Of a DNA stretch of 64,000 bases, positions 41,570-52,359 are shown in pieces (positions within the stretch are counted from its first letter, which is position 1; the number at the start of each line of letters is the position of its first letter). The DNA lies in contig CAVRZA010000002.1 of assembly GCA_963725665.1 (NCBI GenBank), forward strand, positions 256,001 through 320,000. The letters are read 5' to 3'. Source of the DNA: an uncultured Actinomycetes bacterium (GTDB lineage: Bacteria; Actinomycetota; Thermoleophilia; UBA2241). The notes beneath the pieces were generated by a model that ran no database searches, had not been told where the DNA came from, and saw only the letters and a list, made by a program, of their open reading frames with translations. Both the position numbers and the translations under genes were made by a program.

Positions 41570-41764
41570 GCGTCCCCTCACCTTCTGCGACCATCATCTG
41601 AGAGACCGGCTCGCCCCCGCGCCAGCAGTCTACCGACCCGGCGCCAGGGAACTGTACGCCTCGTCAGGCCCCGACGGGGAGGCTGCGACGGGTCGGCGCA
41701 CCTCATCGTGCAGCGCCTTGTCGGCGGCTTCGTCGGAGCAGCCAGAACCGAGGGAGAACGATCC

Positions 41765-42193
41765 ATGGCCATGCCAGCCGAAGATATCGCCCACAGCAGC
41801 ATCGTCGAGACCCTGGTCGAGAGGGGTTCGTTCAGCACTCTTGTCGAGGCGATCAAGAAAGCCGACCTCGCCGAGACGCTCTCGGGCGACGGGCCGTTCA
41901 CCGTGTTCGCGCCCACCGACGAGGCCTTCGCGAGGCTGCCCGCCGACTTCGACGAGGCCTTGTTGCACGACAAGCGGGCTCTACACGAAGTACTCAAGTA
42001 CCACGTCGTCTCCGGCGCCCTCACGTCGTCCGACGTGGCTCGGCTCGGCTCGGCCCGCTCGCTGAGGGCCGAGGAGTTGAGCTTCTACGTAGAAGGCGGC
42101 GCCGTCACGGTGAACGGTGCGCGCTTCATGCAGACTGATATCGCGTGCGGCAACGGGATCATTCACGCCATCGACAGAGTGCTGACCCTCTAG
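41765..42193 (+). CDS. Fasciclin (FAS1) domain protein, no signal peptide
   Basis: FSTLV.A, GPFTVFAPTDEAF, LKYHVV, NGIIHAIDRVL. Confidence 0.9.
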   Translation: MAMPAEDIAHSSIVETLVERGSFSTLVEAIKKADLAETLSGDGPFTVFAPTDEAFARLPADFDEALLHDKRALHEVLKYHVVSGALTSSDVARLGSARSLRAEELSFYVEGGAVTVNGARFMQTDIACGNGIIHAIDRVLTL

Positions 42194-42326
42194 GTCAGAT
42201 CAGACCGCCGGGCGACGCCTCGCTGGCGTCGCGCCCGCCCGCCTAGGCTGGGATGCGGACACGGGCGCAGCTCGTTTCGAGTACACTTCGCCTCTGAACC
42301 AGAGACCGACGGGATTGAAGGAGTCC

Positions 42327-43337
42327 GTGGCGGAGGGGATCGATCGCGCGCAGTTCTTGAGGATCGCCGGCGCCATGGCCGGGTTGGCGGTGCTGGGCGG
42401 GGCCGGCTGCGGCTCCTCGCCGCAGCCGGCCCCGCCCAGCACCGCGTCCACCGGCTCGCCGCTCTCGCCGGCGTCCCGACCACCCGAGACCGCCACGCCG
42501 ACGAAGACGCCGACCTCGATCCCCTCTGCCAGCGCCGCCTACCTCGCCGTCGCCCACGGCGAGGACCCGGCTCGCATCACGGCGGCGGCGATCGACGCCA
42601 TCGGCGGCATGGGGCGCTTCGTGGCCAAGGGCGCCGACGTCATCGTGAAGCCGAACGTGTGCGTGGCTCGCGCGCCCGAGTACGCGGCGACGACGAACCC
42701 CGCGGTCGTCGCGACGCTCGTCGATCTCGCCCTCAAGGCCGGGGCGCGCCGCGTGCGCGTCATGGACCTGGGGTTCGGGTCGCCGATGAGGGAGGCTTAT
42801 CAGGCGAGCGGCATCCAGCAGGCCGTCGAGGGCGTCGGGGGGACGGTCGAGATCATGGTGCCCTTCAAGTTCGTGGCGGCGGCGATCCCGCAGGGCAGGA
42901 GCATCCACTCGTGGCCCGTCTACCGCGACATCATGACGGCCGACCTGGTCATCAACGTCCCCATCGCGAAGGATCACGGACTGACCGCGCTGACCCTGGG
43001 AGGCAAGAACCTCATGGGCGTCATCACCGACCCCAGCGGCCTTCACGGCGACATCGGCCAGCGCGTCGCCGACCTGGTCAGCGCGGTGCGCCCGGCCCTG
43101 ACCGTGGTCGACGCCTACCGCATCCTCACCCAGAACGGGCCCACCGGCGGGAGCCTGGAGTACGTCAAGCAGACGCGGCAGGTGATCGCCAGCCACGACA
43201 TCGTCGCCGCCGACGCCTACGCCGCCACTCTGTTCGACATGAAAGGCACCGACGTCCCGTACGTCGCGGCCGAGGCGAAGATGGGTCTCGGCCAGGTGGA
43301 CTTGAGGCGTATCAAGATCAAGGAGATCGCGCTCTAG
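42327..43337 (+). CDS. DUF362-domain protein with Tat-like lipoprotein leader
   Basis: DRAQFLR...GAGC leader; GGMGRFV, VKPN, TTNP, INVPIAKDHG, KNLMG. Confidence 0.8.
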   Translation: MAEGIDRAQFLRIAGAMAGLAVLGGAGCGSSPQPAPPSTASTGSPLSPASRPPETATPTKTPTSIPSASAAYLAVAHGEDPARITAAAIDAIGGMGRFVAKGADVIVKPNVCVARAPEYAATTNPAVVATLVDLALKAGARRVRVMDLGFGSPMREAYQASGIQQAVEGVGGTVEIMVPFKFVAAAIPQGRSIHSWPVYRDIMTADLVINVPIAKDHGLTALTLGGKNLMGVITDPSGLHGDIGQRVADLVSAVRPALTVVDAYRILTQNGPTGGSLEYVKQTRQVIASHDIVAADAYAATLFDMKGTDVPYVAAEAKMGLGQVDLRRIKIKEIAL

Positions 43338-43473
43338 AGACGCTCGCGTGGCGGGACGCCCGCCATTACCGTGCGTCGAGCGCCGTCCGGCGGGTCAGCA
43401 GCGTCCCCGTTCGCTCCTAGCCTCATCGTTGGCGTAGAATCCCACTATCCCCGGTGGCGGCGTTACCGGCCCC

Positions 43474-43974
43474 GTGAGCGGGGGTAAGAGAGAGCAAGAT
43501 GGCACTGGGCCGGCATCGCCTGCGGCCCTACGAGGCAAGGAGCTTCCGGTGGACGACATACACGACGAGGTATTGCGCGTCTTCAACGACGCGTGCATGC
43601 CTCGCGCCAGGCAGCGGAGCACGGGACATGGGTTCTGCCCCCTGGCAGACGTGTTCTTCGAGGAGCCGACGGGTGAGATCGTCGTGCGGCTGGAGCTGCC
43701 GGGTGTGAATCGCGATGAGATACAGCTCTACGTCGAGCGGCGTCAGCTCACGGTTCGCGGGCGGCGCGAGTTCCCCGCCGGTGAGGGGCGGGTCTACCAG
43801 CAGGTGGAGATGGACTACGGCCCCTTCGACCGGCGCATCCGCCTGGCCGTCGACGCCGACGTCGACAAGACGTACGCCACCTACGACGAGGGAGTGCTCG
43901 AGATCAGATTGCCGCTGCTCACGCAGGAGTCCAAGGTGCAGCAGGTCCCCATCAAGGTCGAGGCCAAGCCATGA
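43474..43974 (+). CDS. Hsp20/alpha-crystallin family protein
   Basis: ELPGV, YGPFDRRIRL, ATYDEGVLEIRLP; coupled to lon. Confidence 0.85.
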   Translation: MSGGKREQDGTGPASPAALRGKELPVDDIHDEVLRVFNDACMPRARQRSTGHGFCPLADVFFEEPTGEIVVRLELPGVNRDEIQLYVERRQLTVRGRREFPAGEGRVYQQVEMDYGPFDRRIRLAVDADVDKTYATYDEGVLEIRLPLLTQESKVQQVPIKVEAKP

Positions 43975-46415
43975 GCAGCGAAGAGGTCGTCGTCCAGACC
44001 GACGAGGCGCAGCAGGAGATCCCCTCGGTCCTGCCCGTCCTGCCCCTGCGCGACACCGTCGTCTTTCCCGACACCATGATCCCGCTGACGATCGGCCAGC
44101 AACGCTCGATCAAGCTCATCGACGAGGTCCTGGCGAGCGACCGCCTGCTCGTCCTCGTGGCCTCCAAGAACCCCGAGCTCGAGACGCCGGGCCCGGCCGA
44201 GCTCTTCGAGATCGGCACCGTGGCGCTGGCGCACAAGATGGTCAAGCTGCCCGACAACACGATGCGTATCCTCGTGCAGGGCGTGCGTCGCGTGCGCGTC
44301 ACCTCCTACACCGAGGAGGAGCCGTACCTCAAGGCGAGCATCGAGGAGATCGACGACATCGTCGTCGAGAGCAAGGAGGTCGAAGCGCTGCGCGCCAACC
44401 TCCTCTCGGTGTTCTCGAAGATCGTCGACCTCGTGCCCTATCTGCCCGAGGAGCTCGAGATGGCGGCGGCCAACGTCGAGCAGCCCGGCGCCCTCGCCTT
44501 TCTCATCGCCAGCACGATGCGCATCAAGACCGAAGACAAGCAGGCGCTGCTCGAGGAGTCTGACGTCGAGCAGCGCCTGCGCAAGCTGACGAGCATCCTC
44601 ACGCGCGAGCTCGAAGTGCTCGAGCTGGGCTCCAAGATCCAGCAGGACGTGCGTTCCGAGATCGACAAGACGCAACGCGAGTACTTCCTGCGCCAGCAGC
44701 TCAAGGCCATCCAGGCGGAGCTCGGCGAGACCGACGAGCAGCAGAAGGAGGCCAACGAGCTGCGCGAGAAGATCGAGTCGATGAAGCTGCCCGAGGAGGT
44801 CGCCAAGGCGGCTCACCGCGAGCTCGACCGCCTCGCCAACCTCGCGCCGCAGAGCGCCGAGTATCCGGTCATCCGCAACTACCTCGACTGGATCATCACC
44901 CTGCCCTGGGACACCTCGAGCGAGGACAACCTCGAGCTGCAGCACGCGCGCGAGATCCTCGACCGCGACCACTACGACCTCGAGAAGGTCAAGGACCGCA
45001 TCGTGGAGTATCTGGCCGTGCGCAAGCTCAAGGCCGACCTGCACGGGCCGATCCTCTGCTTCGTCGGCCCACCCGGCGTGGGCAAGACCTCGCTCGGCCA
45101 CTCCATCGCCGAGGCGATGGGGCGCAAGTTCGAGCGCATCAGCGTGGGCGGGGTGCGCGACGAGGCCGAGATCCGCGGTCACCGCCGCACCTACGTCGGC
45201 GCCATGCCGGGCATCATCCTGCGCGCCATCCGCGACGCCGGCACCAACAACCCGCTGTTCATGATCGACGAGATCGACAAGACCGGCGCCGACTGGCGCG
45301 GCGACCCGGCGAGCGCGCTCCTCGAGGTCCTCGACCCCGAGCAGAACTTCACCTTCCGCGACCATTACCTCGACCTGCCCTTCGACCTCTCGAAGGTCAT
45401 GTTCATCACCACGGCCAACCAGCTCGAGCCGATCCCGCCGCCGCTGCGCGACCGCATGGAGATCATCCCGCTGGCCGGCTACACGATCGAGGAGAAGCTG
45501 CACATCGCGACCAACTACCTGGTGCCCAAGCAGGTCGAGACCAACGGCCTGAGCAAGGACCAGGTGCGCTTCGACCGCGCGGCGCTGCGCGAGATCGTCG
45601 CCGCCTACACGCAAGAGGCGGGCGTGCGCAACTTCGAGCGCGAGATCGGCAGCGTGTGCCGCAAGCTGGCCACGCTGGTCGCGGAGGGCAAGGGCGAGAA
45701 GTTCCGCGTGACGCCGAAGAAGGTGCACGAACTGCTGGGGCGTCCGCGCGTATTCCCCGAGGTCAAGCGGCGCACCTCCGACGCCGGCGTCGCCACCGGC
45801 CTCGCCTGGACGCCCGCCGGCGGCGATATCCTGTTCATCGAGGCGACGGCGATGCCGGGCAGCGGGCACCTGACGGTGACCGGTCAGCTCGGCGACGTGA
45901 TGAAGGAGTCGGCGCAGGCTGCAGTCAGCTACGTGCGCGCCCACGCCGAGGAGCTCGGTGTGCCCGACGACTACTTCCAGAAGCATGACCTGCACATCCA
46001 CGTGCCGGCGGGGGCGATCCCCAAGGACGGTCCCAGCGCCGGGGTGACCATGGCTACGGCCGTGGCCTCGCTCGTGACGGGCAAGCCGGTGAGTGCCGAT
46101 GTCGCCATGACCGGCGAGGTCACGCTCACGGGGCAGGTGCTGCCCATCGGGGGGCTCAAGGAGAAGACGCTCGCGGCGCAGCGGGCCGGCATCAGCACGG
46201 TCATCCTGCCGACGCGCAACGAGGTCGACCTTGAGGACGTGCCCGAGAACCTGCGCAAGAAGATGAAGTTCGTGCCCGTCGACCGGGTCGAGGAAGTGTG
46301 GGCGGCCTCGATGGGGCTGAAGCTCAACGGTCGCAAGACGGCGAACGGGCCGCGACCGGTCGGAGAGCGCAAGGCGGCCGCAGACAGGTCGGCTGCGGGG
46401 AAGAAGAAGGCCTAG
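43971..46415 (+). CDS. lon: ATP-dependent protease La
   Basis: LPVLPLRD, GPPGVGKTS, RGHRRTYVGAMPG, PKDGPSAG, LPIGGLKEK. Confidence 0.97.
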   Translation: MSSEEVVVQTDEAQQEIPSVLPVLPLRDTVVFPDTMIPLTIGQQRSIKLIDEVLASDRLLVLVASKNPELETPGPAELFEIGTVALAHKMVKLPDNTMRILVQGVRRVRVTSYTEEEPYLKASIEEIDDIVVESKEVEALRANLLSVFSKIVDLVPYLPEELEMAAANVEQPGALAFLIASTMRIKTEDKQALLEESDVEQRLRKLTSILTRELEVLELGSKIQQDVRSEIDKTQREYFLRQQLKAIQAELGETDEQQKEANELREKIESMKLPEEVAKAAHRELDRLANLAPQSAEYPVIRNYLDWIITLPWDTSSEDNLELQHAREILDRDHYDLEKVKDRIVEYLAVRKLKADLHGPILCFVGPPGVGKTSLGHSIAEAMGRKFERISVGGVRDEAEIRGHRRTYVGAMPGIILRAIRDAGTNNPLFMIDEIDKTGADWRGDPASALLEVLDPEQNFTFRDHYLDLPFDLSKVMFITTANQLEPIPPPLRDRMEIIPLAGYTIEEKLHIATNYLVPKQVETNGLSKDQVRFDRAALREIVAAYTQEAGVRNFEREIGSVCRKLATLVAEGKGEKFRVTPKKVHELLGRPRVFPEVKRRTSDAGVATGLAWTPAGGDILFIEATAMPGSGHLTVTGQLGDVMKESAQAAVSYVRAHAEELGVPDDYFQKHDLHIHVPAGAIPKDGPSAGVTMATAVASLVTGKPVSADVAMTGEVTLTGQVLPIGGLKEKTLAAQRAGISTVILPTRNEVDLEDVPENLRKKMKFVPVDRVEEVWAASMGLKLNGRKTANGPRPVGERKAAADRSAAGKKKA

Positions 46416-46476
46416 GCGGCCGGCTCTTTGTCTCTTCCCGTGTCGCGTCACGACGGTCTAGACTCGACGCTCGGTG

Positions 46477-46492
46477 ACCCAACCGGGTAGGT
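46477..46492 (+). promoter_or_regulatory. Putative TetR operator (autoregulatory copy)
   Basis: ACCCAACCGGGTAGGT, 12 bp downstream of -10 TAGACT (46459). Confidence 0.55.
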
Positions 46493-46503
46493 GAGGAGGA
46501 GGC

Positions 46504-47202
46504 GTGAACGACGGCAAGAGCAGGGTCGGTGGGCCTGGCGAGCGGGTGCCGGCGATGTCCGACTCCAGGACGAGCACCGTTGCGGAGCGCATGCCGTCTG
46601 CGCCCGTGCTCAGTCCGGCCGCTTCCCTGCCCCCGACGGCGCTCAAGATTCTCGAGGCGGCCAAGAAGCTGCTGGCGAGCAAGGGCTATGAGGCGCTGAC
46701 CCTCGAGAGGATCGCCGCCAAGGCCGGCGTCAACAAAGCCTCGACGCGCTACTACTTCGGGAGCAAGGCCGGTCTGCTCGAGGCGATCGTCGATGAGATC
46801 GTCCTCGACGAGTGCGCCCATATGGGGCGCAGCGTCTCGCCCGACGCGCCGCTCGAGGAGCGCGTCGACGGCTTCATACAGGGCGTGCGCAGCATGGCCA
46901 CCGATCCCTCGTCGTTCGGCGGCTTCTACGACATCCTGCCGCGCGCGCTGCGTGACCAGAACTTGCGTGCGCGACTGGTGCGCCTCTACGAGGTCTGGTA
47001 TGCGTGGAACCTGGAGTGGCTGGTGCTGGAGCACGTCGAGAATGAGTCGCAGCGCGAGCAGTTGGCGGCCATAGGACAGCTCACGGCGGCGATCATCGAC
47101 GGTATCTCCGTCCAGGCTTCGATCCACGGCCGGGAATACGATCCCGAACCCACCCTCGAGACGCTCAGATACTGTCTGCTGACGGCGTTGCGCCAGCCGT
47201 AA
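46504..47202 (+). CDS. TetR/AcrR-family regulator
   Basis: ILEAAKKLLASKGYEALTLERIAAKAGVNKASTRYYFGSKAGL HTH. Confidence 0.9.
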   Translation: MNDGKSRVGGPGERVPAMSDSRTSTVAERMPSAPVLSPAASLPPTALKILEAAKKLLASKGYEALTLERIAAKAGVNKASTRYYFGSKAGLLEAIVDEIVLDECAHMGRSVSPDAPLEERVDGFIQGVRSMATDPSSFGGFYDILPRALRDQNLRARLVRLYEVWYAWNLEWLVLEHVENESQREQLAAIGQLTAAIIDGISVQASIHGREYDPEPTLETLRYCLLTALRQP

Positions 47203-47266
47203 CGAGGGTCGCCCACGGCGCGAAACGGTCGGGTGTCGAGGCCGAGACTCGCGCCGGTCGGATGTC

Positions 47267-47326
47267 TTGTCACCTCGCCTCAGCGCATGGTAGCGTTCGC
47301 CACATCGTTCATCCGTCCGGGTGGAT
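47267..47326 (+). promoter_or_regulatory. mtbB promoter with putative TetR operator
   Basis: TTGTCA-N18-TAGCGT with extended TG; ATCCGTCCGGGTGGAT at 47311-47326. Confidence 0.6.
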
Positions 47327-47438
47327 AGCAGCCTGTGGTGGAGTGTCGAGGGGCCGGGCCAGGCCGGCGACGGCCAGGACGACAGGGGGTGGTGCGTGTG
47401 AGTCGTAAGACTGGTCGCGGCGTCGAGGGGGTGAGCCC

Positions 47439-48851
47439 GTGAGCGAGATCCTGACGCGCATGGGCGACGGCTACACGGTCGTCATGACTCCCGATGAGGT
47501 GAGGGCCGACCTGGTCGCCGGATCGGAGGACGCCGCCAAGCGGGGCAAGGTCCCCGTGCTCGAGGAGTCGGAGTTCGACTGGCTGTTCGACCTCTTCGCC
47601 AATCCGAGCCGCATCATGGGCGTCGAGCGGGGGCACGAGATCATCCTCACCAAGGACGGCTCGGTCAACACCCTGTACTCGGCGCAGCTCTCGAGCGGCG
47701 TCGGTCTGCCACTGAGCCGCGAGCAGGCCTTCCGCGTCTTCGAACGGGCCTTCTGCTTCGACACCATGGAGATCGGGCATCCCGACTACTCCTTCAAGCC
47801 GGTCAAGGCGATCGTCGCCCTGGAGGCGACCGGGGTCGAGCAGGCGCTGCACGGCACCATCATCCCGGTCTTCTACGGCGCCATGCCCAATTTCGGGCTC
47901 TACGCGCGGCCGGACGGCCCCTTCCCCAACCCCGCCGACCTGCTGCCGAAGGGGCAGATCGCTGAGGCGCGCGAGGCCCAGATGGAGATGGCCGAGATGT
48001 GCCGCGACGACATGGTCTACGTGAGCAAGAAGATGGCGGCGGTGGGGGCCGACGGCATCAATTTCGACACGACCGCCTCAGCGGGCGACGCGGAGTTCCT
48101 CGCCACGCTGCAGGCGGTCGAGGAGCTGGCCGAGAGCACCGACCTCGCGATCGAGGTGGGGATGGCCGCCGAGATGGTGCTCGGCTTCCACGGCCAGCTC
48201 GACTACGACGGCAAGAAGCTCGCCGGCATGTGGCCGCACCAGCAGGTGAAGGTCGTCGAGAAGGCCGGCGCCCATCTCTTCGGCCCCGTCGTGAACACCA
48301 ACACGCGCAAGAGCACGCCCTGGAACGTGGCCCGCGCGGTGACGTTCGTGAAGGAGTGCTCGAAGGTGGCCGAGATCCCCATCCACGCCAACGTCGGCAT
48401 GGGCGTGGGCGGCGTGCCCATGTACGAGATACCACCCGCCGACGTGCTCACGCGTGCGTCGGCGGCGATGGTCGAGATCGGCCGCGTCGACGGGTTGTAG
48501 GTCGGCACGGGCGATCCCTACGGGATGTCCGTGAGTCACGCGCTCGCCTCCGGGATGGGAGGCATCCGCACCGCTGGAGACCTGGTGGCACGGATGCAGC
48601 TCCGCAAGATGAGACTGCGGGAGGCGAAGGAGTACGTGGCCGAGAAGCTCAAGGTGAGCGTCTTCGACCTCGCCGACTCGACCGTGATGCGCGGGCTGCG
48701 GGAGGAGCTCGACATCGGCGTCATCACCGCGGTGCCGGGCTGCGCCAAGGGGCTCGAGGCCAAGGCGCGCATCGCGGACCTGCTCGACATCGAGATCAAC
48801 TCGGTGAAGCGGCTGTTCGACAAGGCCGGCGCGACCAAGGCGAGCCGGTAG
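47439..48851 (+). CDS. mtbB: Pyrrolysine-containing dimethylamine:corrinoid methyltransferase (470 aa with TAG read-through at 48498-48500)
   Basis: [34 protein letters not shown]; [41 protein letters not shown]. Confidence 0.92.
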
Positions 48852-48930
48852 GAAGACAGGGAGTGGGGCGGCCGGCCGGTTCTGCCGGTCGGCCGCCCAC
48901 GACAGGCGAAACGAGAAGGGGGAGCGCGCG

Positions 48931-49111
48931 ATGCCTACACAGGAGGAGCTGGAGCTCAACAAGGAGCTCCGGCAGCGCCTCGAGTTGGTGAACAGCGATC
49001 CTGAGTACGAGGGCGCGCGAGCCGACCGCGGGCGACCAGTGGCTGTTGGCGCCTGGTGGGGCTCATCATTCCCGCCGTGATGATGATCGGGGGGTGGCTG
49101 CTCTATGGCTG
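48931..49111 (+). CDS. Small membrane protein preceding the permease; apparent frameshifts
   Basis: GGGGGAG RBS + MPTQEELELNKELRQRLE; hydrophobic tail LVGLIIPAVMMIGGWLLYG in another frame overlaps the permease start. Confidence 0.4.
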
Positions 49112-50653
49112 ACATGGCTGCCAATGGAGGCATGGAAGGTCGGCCATCCACCAGGCTGCCGAGGGCAGCTGGCCGGTCCTCCCGGCAGAACGCAACTGGG
49201 GTCTCGTCGGCATCTTCGGCGTGACCATCTCGGCGGGCATCGCCGCCTGGAGCTACGCCATCGGCGGCGCGGTGTCCTGGTATCTCGCCGGCGCGCTGGG
49301 CACGATCGCCATGATCGCCGGCGCGCTCGTGGGCATGTACTTCGTCACTCTGTCGGCGATGCCCGTGAGCACCAAGTACGGCATCGACACCATCGCCGCC
49401 TGCAAACCGCAGTACGGTAACCGCGGTTTCGGCTTCGGCATCTTCGCTCAGTACGCCTCGATCGTGGGGTGGAACTGCATCCTCATCATCCTGTTCGGCA
49501 GAGCCACCGCCAACGTCCTCAACGCCGGCGGCTGGCTGCCCGACAGCTGGGTGTACACCGTCTCCGTGATCGTCTCCCTGGCCACGATCGCCTACTGCTA
49601 CTACCTCGTGATCGGTGGTGCCGATTCGATCCGCAACAACTCCATCTGGATCGCCGTCGCCGTGACCATCGCCGGTCTCGTCGTGCTGGTGCGTCTGCTG
49701 CAGCAGTACGGCTGGACCGACATCGCCAACGCCAAGCCGGCCTACGCCTCGGGCGACCTGCACCTCGACTACACGCTCGGCTTCGAGATCCTCGTCGCCA
49801 CGGTGCTCTCTTGGTGGCCCTACATGGGCGGCATCATGCGCATGAGCAAGAGCGTCAAGCAGGCGCTCCTGCCCTCGATGATCTGCCTCGGCATGATCAC
49901 CGGCGTGATTGGTCTGATCGGCCTCTACGCCGGACTTGCCACGGGCGACCCCGACCCGTCGATCTCGTTCGTGAAGGTGACGGGGCTCTGGATGGGCATC
50001 ATCGCCGTCGTCTTCATCGGCCTGGCCAACGTCGGCACGGCCATCGTCGGCGTCTACGCCACCTGCATCGGGCTCAAGCAGATCCCCGCCTTGCAGTACC
50101 GCCTGACGTGGAAGTGGACGGCCGCCATCGTGCTGGCTCCGGTGGCCTTCATCGCGGCGGTACTCCCCAGCGCGTTCATGAATCACAGCCTCACGTTCAT
50201 GTACTTCCTGGGGCTGCTCTTCGCGCCCATCTGCGCCATCGGGATCGTCGACTACTACCTCTTCCGGCGCCAGAAGCTCGACATGGTGGCCCTGTTCGAC
50301 AACTCGGTGCGGAGCAAGTACGGCTTCTGGGGCGGCGTCAACCCCGCGGCCTTCATCGCCGTGGCGGTCGGCTTCTTCACCTACTGGTACCTGCTCGACC
50401 CCGTGACCTACGTGAGCCACTGGACCGCCGGCTTCAGGTGGATCAGCGCCTCGTTGCCGTCGCTCCTCACGTCGGCCGTCGCGTACTGGGCGGTGACACG
50501 TCTCGTGGTGATCCCGCTCAAGAAGGGGGCTACGAGCGCTACTTCGCGACGCCCGTCGCGGCGGCGCCGGCAGGCGCGGTCTCCGGCTCGGAGCCGGCGA
50601 CGCTGTCGTCCGTCGGCCCCGAGGGACCGGACGGCGGCGCGACCGTGGACTGA
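49105..50653 (+). CDS. NCS1 (cytosine/purine/allantoin) family permease; frameshifts near 49141 and 50526
   Basis: PVLPAERNW, KYGIDT...YG.RG, APICAIGIVDYYL.RRQ, Y.FWGGVNPAA; about 12 TM helices. Confidence 0.8.
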
Positions 50654-50711
50654 CAAAAGGAGTACCAGCCGGAGTGAGGCACGTAGCCTGCTGGCTGGAG
50701 AAGAGCGTCGA

Positions 50712-50759
50712 GCGACGGCGCCGCGGGGGGCGTTCCGCCCTCCGCGGCGCCGTCGCTTT
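50712..50759. terminator. Intrinsic terminator between convergent permease and ALDH genes
   Basis: GCGACGGCGCCGCGG...CCGCGGCGCCGTCGC followed by TTT. Confidence 0.7.
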
Positions 50760-50779
50760 CGGCGTCCCTAGATGGCCGC

Positions 50780-52286
50780 CTACTTCACCTTGCTGATGTC
50801 GATGTTGAGCTGCTTGATCTCCGTCAGCTCGTCGAAGCACCAGTCGCTGAGCTCGCGGCCCAGGCCGCTCTTCTTCACGCCGCCGAACGGCGAGAGCTGA
50901 TCCCAGCAGTTGTTCGTCTCGTTGATGAGGACCGTGCCGCACTCGATGCCCTCGCCGAGCAGGAACGCGGTCCGCAAGCTGCTCGTGAAAGCCGCGCCCT
51001 GCAGCCCGTACGGTGTCTCGTTGGCGATGCGCAGGCACTCGTCGATGTCCTTGAACGTCATGATCGGCGCCACGGGGCCGAAGGTCTCGTCGCGCGCCAT
51101 GAGGAAGTCGGAGGTGACGCCGTCGACGATGGTCACCTCCGAGTACATGCCGTCGATGGTGCCGCCCATGAGGAACGATCCGCCACGCTCGCGCGCGTCG
51201 TCGTAGTGCGACTGCACCTTGGCGACGTTCGAGAGGTTGTTGAGCGGACCCATGTCGGTGTCCTCGTCGAGCGGATTCCCGACCTTGACCTGGCCGGCTC
51301 GCTTGACCAGCGTATCGACGAACTCGTCGTGGATCGCCTCGTGCACCAGGATGCGCTCTGAGGCGGTGCACACCTGGCCGGCCAGATAGAAGCAGCCGGT
51401 GATCGTGGCCTCGACGGCCTCCTCGATGTTGGCGTCGTCCATGACCACGAGAGGACCGTTGCCGCCGAGCTCGAGCATGAGCCGTCTTGATGCCGGCGAT
51501 GCGCGTGAGGCGCTCGCCGGTCACCGTCTCGCCTGTGAAATGGATGGCGTTGGTGCCCGGGTTGCTCACCAGCTCTTCGCCGACGACACCACCCGGTCCG
51601 GTGACGACGTTGACGGCGCCGGCGGGGAAGCCGGCCTCCTCGAAGATCTCGGCCAACATCAGGGCGCTGTACGGCGTGGTGCTCGCCGGCTTGAAGATGA
51701 CGGCGTTACCGGCGGCCAGGGCGTGGGTCGCGGCGATGTTGGGGATGTCGTGCGGCCAGTTCCACGGCGAGATGATGCCGATGACCCCCATCGGCTGGTG
51801 GATCACCAGGATGCGCTTGTTGAGGGTGTCCTCCTGGATGGACGGGTTGACCCGACCGCGATACCGCTTGATGCCTTCGGCCGCCTCGATGAAGTGCGGG
51901 GCGGAGTAGTGCTCGATCTCGTCACGCGCTTCGGTGATGGTCTTGCCGCACTCACGGCAGAGGACGCGCGCATCGTGCTCAAGGCGCCGGTAGGCGATCT
52001 CGGACGCCTTGAAGAGCAGCTTCGCGCGCGCCGGGATAGAGAGCTTGGCCATCTCCTTCTGGGCCTTGCGGGCTCCGGCGATGGCCGTCTGCACGTCGGC
52101 GGCGGTGCCCTTGGGCACCGAGCCGATCAGGCTGCCGTCGCCGGGGGAATAGACGTCGAACCGCTCTCCGCTCTCGGACTCGACCCACTCGCCGCCGATG
52201 TACATCTTGTAGTCCATCGGTGGATCGGCGGGCGCCGGGTACGGCGTTGGATATGGGCCCTTGGCCCGGACTTCAGTCGTCGCCAT
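50780..52286 (-). CDS. NAD(P)-dependent aldehyde dehydrogenase; frameshift near 51486
   Basis: MYIGGEWV, IISPWNWP, FKPA, FTG, LELGGN, AGQVC, ETFGP, PFGGVKKSGLGRE. Confidence 0.9.
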
Positions 52287-52359
52287 GGCTCACGCTCCCT
52301 TCAAGCTCGTGTGAACGGCGGTTTGTTGGTTCCTGGAGCCGGCCTGCGTCAGGCCGCTT

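Noticed and set aside
43881-46451. Long antisense ORFs opposite lon, dnaE2, copA, sdhA and others
   Set aside because: These are expected shadows of high-GC codon usage, with no motifs or RBS.
48525-48851. Separate 108-aa gene after mtbB (likewise 32279-31851 after mttB)
   Set aside because: Both are in-frame C-terminal parts of the Pyl read-through proteins.
48078-52286. 1402-aa minus-strand ORF
   Set aside because: It is the ALDH N-terminus that, after a frameshift near 51486, runs on antisense to the permease and mtbB; not a real fusion.
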